A stretch of DNA of 64,000 nt, from positions 868,001-932,000 of the forward strand of contig CM061251.1 in assembly GCA_022605425.2 (NCBI GenBank). Direction: 5' to 3'. Positions 52,950 to 64,000 of this stretch are shown here, piece by piece; the first letter of the stretch is position 1, and each line of letters starts with the position of its first letter. The position numbers and the translations under genes were made by a program. Under the pieces are notes generated by a model that was not told the origin of the DNA, made no database searches, and saw nothing but the letters and a program-made list of their open reading frames with translations. The stretch is from Hamiltosporidium tvaerminnensis FI-OER-3-3. Its lineage: Eukaryota; Fungi; Microsporidia.

Positions 52950-54300
52950 TACGAGAAAAAGTAAAGTATGTATTCCACGAATTTTAATGTTTTTTGTTCA
53001 AATTTAGTGAAATCAAATTCTATACAGATAAATAGAAAAAGTAATGATCGGAACAAGCAAAGCCTGTTTTTTAAAAAATAGAAGACTTTGTAATGTAATA
53101 TGAAAAAAAGGAAACGGTGCTTTAAGAAGAAAAAACAGGGCAGAAATTTCACTGAAATATTAGTGATGTCCAAAAAAATTTAAAGTTTCTAATATATAAA
53201 CCAAAAAATAATAATAAAAATCTAAATCTTTACAAAAAATAGTGTAACGGATATAAATATGACTAAAAAGAAGAATTGGTAGCAAAATTAGAAAACATAT
53301 GTACAGACTTAAGAAATGTAAGCAAAATATAAGTTTGCGAAAAATACCAAATATTTAAAAATACTTCAGATTATAAGCATGAAAAAAATATGTACATTAT
53401 ATACTGCTTAGCAAGTAGGAAAATAGTAAGAAAATCAAAGGGACTATTTTTTTTTGATATATGTAAAAATTTGGAAAGAAAAAAAGATATAACGGAATAT
53501 AAAAATGACAGTAAGAAAAGGCGGTTTTAATATATTTGAAAATTTAGTTATAGATAATAAGAATTATAGCCATTTTTAGAGACTATGAGAGATAAAATAG
53601 TATGAAAAATACCGCATTTGATAAGATTGAATTGGGGTTTAAAATATTTCAGAAAAATGCGAAAAAGCAGCTTCATTTGTAGGAGTATCTTCAGAAAAGT
53701 AATTAGTAAGATACTGCAATGTTTGACATAGAAAAAGGAATCAGCTAATTATATAGGAAAATATGATGATTTATACAAAAATAAGAGATGTAGCCAGTAT
53801 TTCTTTTAAATTTATCTTCAAGGAATGCAAGAAATTTTATCGACAACCCATAAAAAGAATTTATATCAAGGAACGTATATCAATTTATATTTAAGGAAAA
53901 CAATATATATAGGGGTAAGAAATAAAAAATAAACGATATTAGGATGTAATAAAAAATAGAGCAAAATCTTAAGCAATTTTACTGAGGGGGAAATATTAAA
54001 ACTTTACTTTAGTGAAAGTAGAATAAAGAAAAGAACGTAAAAAATAAGGAGAAAGTAAAAAAAATATTGAACTTAATTTTAAACAAATACAAGACTAGTA
54101 AGAAGAAGGATAAAGCCACCAAAAGCGTAAAAATCAAATAGCAGAATTTTACTTACTGCGTTTAAAATTTATTTGACAATAAGTTTCCAGAATCAGAAGT
54201 AAGAGTAAAAATAAAATTAAAGACAGCAAAGGCATCGGAATTGATAATAGTTAGCGGATGAAAATAGAGTTAGTGTAAAGATTGAAGAAAAATATGGAGA
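52950..54300 (+). mobile_element. LINE copy F: very decayed, opposite orientation
   Basis: Plus-strand remnants in the expected order: ISDV (about 53160), NY(R)P..LETMR (about 53563-53592), LGF (about 53632), FDIEKG (about 53722), YIGV (about 53906) and KFPE (about 54181). Confidence 0.5.
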
Positions 54301-55050
54301 AAGGTAGATAGAATACTTAGGGAATAAAGTAAGTTTCAATATGTAACGAATAAAATTAGAATTTTATAAATATATAGATATGTGAAATTTAGAAAGAAAA
54401 AAATTATAGGAAAAATTAGAAAAATGTAGAGTGGAAAGATAGAGAAAGGAAAGGTAAAGTATGATAACGAATTAAAAAATAAAAGTAAAAAAGTATGGGT
54501 AAGGAAATGATAGGGAATAAGGTTTGTTGAATTCTAGGCAAATACAGGATATATTTGAAAAGGCACTCAGTATGAATTAAGATAAAGAGATGAGTATTAA
54601 AACGTCTTGTAAAATATAGCATTGCTATTAAACCGTAAAAGAGTATGATTTGTTAAGAAAAAAGTTATTAGGAATAAATGTTAATTTTATGGTAGGAATA
54701 ATAGTAGAGAAAAAAGGACAAGGAGTTAAGAACTATATAGGGAAGAGGTGTGGGAGAGGTAAGGCTAGGATTGTCTTGGATGGCTAATCAAGTATATAAA
54801 AACGGGGTTATAAGCAGATAATAAGAATTATCATGGTAATGTAAGGTAAGAATGTGGATAGGAGGTAAGGAAAATACTTTTAGTGAAGGGTATATAAATG
54901 TTTGTTCTATGAGAGGAGGAATAATTTTATGTGGAAGAGAAAAATTTAATATAAGACGGAAGGTAGGAATAAAACTAGACTTATATCTAAGAAAGGTATA
55001 TATAGATGATTAGGGTTACAAATTATATAAAAGAACATAGATAATTGTAG
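54300..55050 (+). repeat. Purine-rich tract with recurrent TAGG(G)AATAA-like units
   Basis: TTAGGGAATAA at about 54317, TAGGGAATAA at about 54511, TAGGAATAA at about 54669, 54693 and 54964, TTAGGGTTA at about 55010. C is strongly depleted on the + strand. Confidence 0.55.
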
Positions 55051-55169
55051 AGGGAATCTGAAAATACGATATGGAATCACATTATATAAAAAGAATACAT
55101 ATCTATGTTAGAGCCTAAATCTCGCTCATGTATCAAAATTGACAAAAAGTTTTTGTATACGTTTATACG

Positions 55170-58100
55170 AAACAGGTAAGGATAATTAACAAGAATAAGG
55201 TTTTTTTATTAAAGTAAATAAAAGTTATTAGTTTTTAAAAGTTTAACCTATAAATCATAAAATAATATTTTATCGTTTTTTCTTTATGATATACATCTTC
55301 AAGCCGAGTTCTTTCAAATAGTCAATTGTATCCCATAATTGGGCTCTTTTCCTTGGAGTTATCGTAATCTAAGTTAATGATATTGGTATAGGTATTTACC
55401 AATATATTCTAAGTCAAATCATTCACTTATTAAGTTAAATCAGACTTTAACAAAGACCGGATGAGTTTATTGGCATTACCGTGTGAATCATAATAGAAAC
55501 ACATGTAAATAACCTTACATATGTACTTTTATAATACAAATTAGCATAGGTTGTGAAAGATATATATATTCTCAGTTGCGATTTTTTCAGTAAATGTATA
55601 TGTTGATCGTGACTTTTGTTTATATTGCTTTACTATAGATTTAATCTTTATTTATACAAAGAAGAATCAGAAGTTTCATACTAAGATGGTCTTAACTCAC
55701 TCGTAGCTGATGCCTTAACCTATAACCCTATTCACACTTTATTTAATTTTTTATAACCATTTGTCTTTCTATTTATATTTTTATTAGACAGATTTAAGTT
55801 CCATATGATAATCTATAAATCAAAAGATACTAGCATAGAAATTTTATTTGATGAGTTACAAATACTTGTTTCATTAAATTATAAAACTTTGTTTTATTTG
55901 TTTGCCTTAATATCTACCTATAAATATATTTAGATATCGAAATGTAATCATTATCTTTTAATTCACACCAATATAGGCATTTCTTTATTTTTTGAAGATT
56001 TGCTCGAGCTTTATATTAATTGTCAAAATATATATTATAAAATGAGTTATATTATGATGGTTTTTACTGAACTATATATATTAAAGATTCATTCTGTCTT
56101 TATACCAGAATTAAAATATTATTCAAATTATTTTAATCCGTATTGCTTCAAAGAAAGTGAAAAATCTAAGAAAACCAAAATAATATAGATATACATACCT
56201 TTTAAAAAATAGTTATAGCAATCGTCATTAACCTAGGTAGATAAATCAAGCGCATTGAAATTAACAAATAATTAATGCATAAACAGTTATTGAAATGTAG
56301 TTTTTATAGAAAGTAATATAAATAAAATAAGGTTATCACTTCAAGAGGTTTTTCTAAATATACTATTTAGTTTTATTCAATACTTTCGAACTTAGCACTA
56401 AGATAGTATATAGATTTAATAAAAAGACCTTACAAAATTTAAACATTTAATACATTTATTCTATAAAAATTCAATTTGGTTCACTCTGGCTATATATTAT
56501 GAAATGAAATATTTATTTATATGGATATAATGAGACAAATTAAATATTAAAATCTACTGCCTATGGATTTTATTACATATGAATAATAAATTAATGTCTT
56601 ATAAATCTATAAAAATATAATCCATTTCAAGAAAGGAATAAGTATACTTTTCTCATTAATTCATTGAAAAGTTCAATACATGATAAAAATACCTTTTCAA
56701 ATATACATCTTTCTTTCGCATATATTTATGTTTTTTTAAGTAACATAAACAATACATTTATAATAGATGACTGGTATTTTGCTCAATTTAAGGAAAGGAT
56801 AATGATATCAAGTTATATAGAAATCGAAAGTTATCTATAAATCCCATATATGATTAATGTTGGTAACAATATACTGAGAGCTTTTCTGAACAATTTCACA
56901 AAAATTAATACGGCCATATTTAGACTGAACACAACTTATTATGACCAAGATTAGAAAACCTTATTTTAAAATGGTTAAATATGGTTTTAATAGTCTGAAT
57001 ATAATAAATGAACATAAAAAAACCTACAATACCTTACACTCAAAAACTTCCAATTATGGTAAATTTTAAAAGCCTATTAAGGTTATCCACTAAAAATCGT
57101 ATAAAAAGAGGAAATGCTTAAGTATATATTCCAATGCAACATATTGATATGATTAAATAAATTATAAGATAAATGACTATAAAATTAAAGCGTTTAAGGA
57201 AAACAAGATAAAATTATAGATTATTAGAAAATAAAATGGTTTTTTATTCTATAACTTTAAGATTAAAAGAACTAGATTTGTTTTATGAGTAGAAAAACTG
57301 CTTGCATAAGTAACCAATTTAACTTAGTAAATGAGTAACAAAAGAATAATCCGAAAAGAATTTAAGCAATCAAAAGAAATGTGGATTCGAATAAAAAACT
57401 TTGAATTATAAGAAGTAAAAAGATATAAACAAATGAAATTTAAAACAACAAACTAAATTTAAGAACCATTCTGTAGTTAGAAAATATAACTAAAAAAATA
57501 ATAAACTAAAAAATTCAACTAAAAAGCTTAAAGATGAAAAAAAAAGTAAATAAAAGTCAAAATATGATGCAAATTTTTATATTAGAGACAGATTAAAAAT
57601 TTAACACATATAAATTATATCAAATTCAAATTAAACATAAAAACGAACCAGAAATGGTTTATATCGATGAAGGGGCTATATTATTTATACAGTATAAGGG
57701 TTAGTATAAAAAACTAACTAATAAATTTGAACTATGTATCTGAAATAAAGACTTAGTTAAGATATATATTTTTATAACAAGGAAAGCAAACACAAAGATA
57801 GTTAAATTTAAAATTACATATAAAAAATAAATATTTATTTTGAAGTATGTCATTATAATTCTACTGCTAATATGCAATACAATTGAACTTACCATAATAT
57901 ATCAGAATTAATACTGAAGAATAGACACAGTATTTGAGAAAATAGATAAAAAAAACTTAAGTAAGATGTATATTTAAAAAGATGTATTTGGCCAAAGTAA
58001 AAAGTATTCTAGACAATTAAATTAATTGAAATTTAAATTTCTAATTTTAGATAGAATTTTTGTGCAAATACAAACGAAAAGTAACATTTTGTTTGAATAT

Positions 58101-59280
58101 ATATCAAATACCAACTCCTTTAAAAAGTAAAAGCCAAATAAGATAAAAAAAATAAACTTTAATATGAATATTAAGTTTGAAAAGTTTTTTTGTAAATTTA
58201 GACCGTTTAATTTTGTAAATATTATATAGAAAGCTATAAGATTATAATTCAGTTCAAGGAAGTAAAAGAGAGTATAAGATGTTCAAATTACAAAAGAGCC
58301 TAGTGTTCTAAAGTAGTGTTTCTAAAAAATATCACTACTAATTTTAACGTAAAAGATTATGAATTTTATTAATCAGAATCAGGTTTTCAAAAACAATTTT
58401 AATTACATAAAAAATAAAAAAAATATAAATTAAGTCGAATAAAGACTTAAGAAAACCAAAAGGTATTTAAAGTACAGAAAATCGCAATAAAAGAAACATA
58501 TGTAATAATTGTATCTGCTAAGCATAAAACAGATTTTGAACTATCTCATATTTTTGTACCTGAAGCATGCATTATTGGCCAAATTAGATGTAACAGGTTC
58601 AAAATTTAACATAAGTGACTGCTTCTCGTACACTTTATCGGTACTTTAATTGTTCTTAGATCAAAAGAATTACCACGTAAAACGCGTAGAACAACCTATT
58701 TCTTTCCAAATGCAGTCTGGAATATTTGTTGCAGTCCCTTGACTAAGATTTGATCGTAAGTCAAATGCTATTCTATGTATCTCTAAGACCATGCCGATTT
58801 TAGACTTACTTTAGCATTACCACTCTATTTGACTACATCTAAGATATAGCCCAGCGAATTACATGGGTTCAACCGAAAGTAGCATTTTCATACGGTAGGT
58901 ATAACCTGCATCTTAGGTTCCTCAACTTTAAAAATTTTAATTTGTGTTTTTCCAAGTGTTAAGTCTCAAATTCGAGTGATAAAAGTGAAGATTTCTTCGC
59001 GAATGACTAAAAACTAAGCTGCAGTTATAAATCTAGTTACATTAAAAAAAAATATAAATAGATTCGAAAAAGTTTTGCAATTTCGAAATCCTTTACATCT
59101 TAAAACAACCAACTATCAAATAACAGAATATTTTATGCAGATCTATCTCAACCTAAAAACTAAAAAAATATTGTACAACTAAACCTTCAATATTTAGTTT
59201 TAAGGCAAAAGTATTTTTTTTGGTTATTTCCCTCACCAGTTTTTTGTAAAATACTTTTTTTAATCTCGCAAGCATCGCAT
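55170..59280 (-). mobile_element. U element copy U4 (about 4.1 kb)
   Basis: Colinear with U1 over about 4 kb: ATTGAAATTAACAAATAATTAA (56254 vs 19846), TTAATACGGCCATATTTAG (56905 vs 20504), TCAGAATCAG (58373 vs 22007). Stem-loop with perfect CCCA-ATTA-TGGG at 55321-55352. Confidence 0.75.
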
Positions 59281-62200
59281 TGTTATAATATTTATTCAAA
59301 TTTTTTTTATCTGGACATATGTCAATCTATCATCATATGCTGGTGTCATAATCGTGATATTTACATTGATTTTGCCTTTTTTTTTAAAAATTAAGTCTAA
59401 CTTTACTAAAATCATCTACTTGATTCAAATTTCCATACATTATTGCTTAAAGTAGAATTTTTGATATTTAATTAATATATCTGATTATACTACTAAAAAA
59501 CAATCTATTAACGTTTAATGATAAAAAAGTCTTAGATATTTAAATTCATGCCAGAAATTAAAAACAAAGATTAATATTTTGCCAAGTATTTTATATAGTT
59601 TCTAAATGTTCTAAACCGAATATAAAAATATAAAGGTTTTTAATAACTTGAAATTAATTTAAATATTTTTTAGCTAAAATATTTTCTCGAACTTTGAATA
59701 TCTGTTTGTCTACTTTAGAAATAAATTATCTTCCCATATGTTTCTGTTAAACTTTTAACATATAACTTTTTAATGTATATTCTGTTAGAGGAATAACAAA
59801 GTAAAGTTTTTCGAAAATTATTAATTAAAATACAGATCAAAATTAGACCAAAATCTCTTACATACAGCAAAATATAAAAGAAATATTTTTTTAGAGTATT
59901 TTACAATATAAGCACATTAAAATAATTTTCCATTCTTTTTAATTGTGATTTACAGCTAAAAAAGAAAATTTACGTCTAAGATATAAATTAAAAACATTAA
60001 GAATAAAATTTTCTTCTATTTTAAAGATCTCTTACAATACAAATGGATTTTTAGAAGTTAATTTTTAGTGAATTTTTAAATTTGCCAATGTTAAAAAAAA
60101 ACTGGGATCATTTATGGAAAGCTGATATATTGAAATTACATTTCTGTAAAATTTTCCTTATTGTAGAAACAATAAAAAAATATAAATATTATAAGCTTTA
60201 GAACTATATTTAGAATATTAGGAGTTTTATTGTTGTATAAATCTGCTTAAGAATAATTTTTTTTTAAAGATTGCTTTCATCTATTTTTGCAAACCTTTTA
60301 CCCTTACTGTTTTGAATCTTAACGGATCTTCCTTTAAAGAAAAATTAAATTAAAAGCAAAAGAAGAAAAGTGGACTGAAAAATGGAAAAAATGAAAAATT
60401 AAAATACATACAAAGAATGTATCTAAACAATAATTAAATATCAATTTTTTCTTTATGAGATTAAGTATATACTTATTTGGATGAGATGTAAAAAAATAGA
60501 TAATTGGCATTATTACTTAATTATTCTAATGAAAGTTTGATTGAAAAATCCAATATCATCTTACATACAAATAGAAAAGTTTCAATATGGGATCCGAACC
60601 AGATATTCTAATTAATTCTTTAAATTTGTTCAAATCGACCCTGTTTCTACATTAGTGTCAAATCTGTGATATTTAATACAAAATAGCCAAATTATTAATA
60701 CAAAGGGGCGGGTCGTGAAGAAAGCTCTGGTTGAGGTAACCGAATATATTGATAATTGGTTGAAAAACATCTAGATAAACTGATACAGATTTTATATGAT
60801 CAAATTTGATGCGGAAATATGTAATATAAAGATATAAATGACAAAGCAAACCACAATCCTTACTCGGTGTTAAATTGTAAATACAATCCATGCCTCTTGG
60901 TTAAAAAACAGAAAATATATTATGTAGCGGTGAGCACAGAACTTAAATGCGTAAAAAATTTATTTTTGAACAATATAATTTTATGTGTTCTTAAAAATAC
61001 GGAAATATGAAAAAGTACCTTTACATGATAGAATTTAGAAAGAAAATATTTTAAATTTTTCTTTAAAAATTTATAAGTTAAATGATGGTGGCCCTTTTAA
61101 TAAAACGTTGATAGAAAATATAAAGAGCTTGGGAAGATGGCTATTGAAATTGAACGTTGAAGCCTTGCATAAAAACATTCACCGGTTAATTCTGGTTTTA
61201 AATTTATTAAACAATTGATATTTTTTTGCTTATACATTTTTATAGGAGTTACGCGTCGATATACATTTGTATTTCTTTTAATCCCAGCTTTTTTATAATA
61301 AACAGTTACTCTTAATGAGAAATGAATAAATCTCTGTGGCATGGTTGGTATATATTGTCAACTTGTTTTGATATATAATAAATTCCTAAAGAAAATCATG
61401 ACATAACGAATATTTTTATATTCTTTTGTAGATTTCAATTTTTCTTTGGTATGATAAAGTTTTATTGTAAATTTTTTATAAATTATTTATTTATAAGGTT
61501 TTACGATTCGCTTTATCCATTGTGACTGTTGTAGGAAATCTAAAGAGAATAGCTAAGTACTTAAAATTATTAGTAAAAGAATAGTGTCTAAGGTTCGTAA
61601 TTTTATAATTTATTATTAATAAAATAATTTTCATATAAATTTAAAAATTGTAAGTCGTTAGTTTGATAACAAACTATCCTATTCTTTAATAAATGAGACT
61701 TTTTATAAAAAAATTCAAATTTTATGTACCATGAATTTATTTCATTATTTTAGCAAGATATGGAACAATTTAAATTATGTTGTATCCTTATAAGAACAGG
61801 AAATTTATCTTTTGCATGATTTATAGCTATATATAGATATATTTGATGTAAACAAATCCAACAAAAACCTTGAGCCAAAACTAATAATACTTGAAAATTT
61901 TGAAATAAATCTACATAAAACCTTTTACACAAACTTTTATAACAGAAATCTACACAGCCTTAAATTAATTAAACGATTCTCATTCATAAATTACTATTCA
62001 CAGTGTCTACCCTTCAACATTTGACCGACATTTGAAGTTTCTAAATAATTAAAAAAATCTATCGTGACTTATGAAAATCTTAATAGAAGTAAAAAATTTA
62101 TAAACTTAAAGTGAAAATACCCATAAAGGATGCGAGATATATTAGAACTTGTCTAATATGCATCACTATATGTAATTTGAAAACCGATATTTAAGATATA

Positions 62201-64000
62201 TGCAAAGATATGCTTTGTTATAGAATATAACGAATTTACTTGCATTCACCTTAATATATCTTCTTAGATAATACAATACGAAAATGGCTATATTTCAGTT
62301 TAAATGAAGCATTGGATGATTTCCAATATGATGCATGTACTTTTTCATACAGATATATAGTAAATATATAATGCGCAGTACATAATAAAAACAAATTAAA
62401 TCCTTTAATTGCTTTTTAAAGATTATTTCGACGTATATGAATATAATTTTAAAAAATAAAGTTCGTTTAAAAAAGCTAAGGCAATACATTTTACTTTAAT
62501 TGTATATAGAGCTCATATTGAAAGATAAATTTAATTTTTTCTAAATCCATTCAATAAAAACCAGAAAACTATTGAAACTAAAAATATTTTTGAAAAAATT
62601 AGATTTAAAAGTTTCTTCGTATTAAGCTTTGATATTTGAAATGCATAGATGCAATCTTATGCAAGGTATAGTTTTTTTATGTTAATTCTGGTTTGCATAG
62701 CCTTATGGCTCAAATAATTATGTTTTTTTATTGGAACGAATATACTTTTAAAAATAAAATACTACATATGCTTAAATTTATTTCTTTTCTTTATTTTTCA
62801 ATTAAATATTCAAAGGAATGAATAAAATAGTCAAGTATTGTGTATTTTAACCTTAGAAATCTTGATTCTATTTTATAGTAAGTTTTACGTGTATTAATTA
62901 TAGTATTACTAATATACAATTTTAAACCTACATTTAAGTAATGAATTTTTATAAAACTAAGAATTATGATACGTTGAAAAATTACCTTAATAGTTTTTTA
63001 CTTTATTAAAATTTAGAAAATCTAAAAATAAATTAAAAATATTCTTAAAAACGTAATGAAAACATTAATTTCCACAGAAAATTCTAAAAAACTTATTAAA
63101 ATAAAAAATGGTTTCAATTATCAATTGCTCATACTTATACTAGTTAAACAATAGGTTTTTTAAAATTCTTGGAAATATATATTTAAAGTTGATAAAGCAA
63201 ATTTTTAAAACAGAAGAATGTGTCACAAATTATTTTAATACACACAATTGTTTTTAAAAGAAGAACTTCAATAAAAAAGTTTTCTTTTTTATTTCTTGCA
63301 AATTACTTTAATTTTTCATAAGTTTACGATGATGCTGAATTACAATCTTTAAGAAATATCTAGAATAGACTTCAAAAAGAAAAAAGATAAAAAATTTACT
63401 AAGATTAGATTCGAAACAGCTTAAAACGAATATAATGTATCTCAACCCTTATTTTTTTAGATCAGTTTTTTTTTATGCTGAGTAAATAAAATTCTGAATT
63501 TACAAATATACAAATTCAAATTTGATTTTTATTTTGTTTTTTAGAAAAATACAATTTTAAAAAATATTTTAATCAATTAGAACATCGATTTTCAATGAGA
63601 GATTGATAACATAAAAGTATGCTTTGTAATAAAACTTTAAAGTTTTTCAATGCTTTTAAAACTACTTTTGCCTTGGATTTAAATTACAAAAAAATAAAAT
63701 TTGATTCTTTGCTACGAAGTATTTTAAATTCCTATTTTATTAGAAAAAAATATCTTGTACGGATTAGTATAAAAATACTAACAAATTTAAATTACAATTA
63801 GATAATTCGAATGTTAAAATGACTAATTAGTAATTAATTAAAGTTATATTTAGTAACTGTTAAAAATTTATATATTTTATAAAAGAAAAGAGAATATTTA
63901 AACATTTCTTAAAATATACATTTTCTTTTATTTTTATAAGAAAAATCTGAAACAGAAAAATTTTAGGATACAAAAAGAAATTTTCATTTCAAATTGTTTA

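Noticed and set aside
56903-56930. Plus-frame LIRPYLD resembling the LINE motif YVRPHLDY, which would make U a plus-strand LINE
   Set aside because: It is followed by a stop, is not conserved in U2, and has no YADD or PQG upstream. Another conserved U block has stops in all three plus frames.
21513-63801. Numerous 60-90-aa F/L/I/K/Y-rich ORFs in the track (e.g. 23559, 26850, 27605, 28997, 43518, 43902, 52949, 54416, 61750, 62295, 63619)
   Set aside because: Expected by chance in roughly 80% AT DNA. Many start at non-ATG codons, and none shows a domain or promoter signal.

Overview
Very AT-rich, gene-poor eukaryotic DNA. A microsporidian origin is inferred only from the AAATTT + CCC motif before the ATG of the one long intact gene. 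Only two plausible host genes are present: a 51-aa single-pass membrane microprotein (1403-1558, +; missing from the ORF track) and a 167-aa hypothetical protein (1660-2163, -). They lie next to a 16-bp G-rich satellite with 240-bp higher-order periodicity. The rest is largely decayed retroelement sequence. It includes 6-8 APE-endonuclease/RT non-LTR retrotransposon (LINE) copies, mostly on the minus strand, 5'-truncated and joined head-to-tail. It also includes at least five copies of an unrecognised 0.6-4.3 kb repeat family ('U elements') with no detectable RT motifs and remnants of a hydrophobic minus-strand ORF. The main observation is that LINEs and U elements share a roughly 30-nt stem-loop near their 3' ends, with compensatory and G.U changes, and a terminal TTTAAATAAA...CCCTAA-like motif. 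They are joined at (T)AGGG microhomologies, and two U copies abut strand-biased TTAGGG/TAGGAA-rich tracts. This suggests a LINE plus long non-autonomous partner system primed on telomere-like G-rich DNA (HeT-A/TAHRE-like). All alignments were done by eye and boundaries are approximate.
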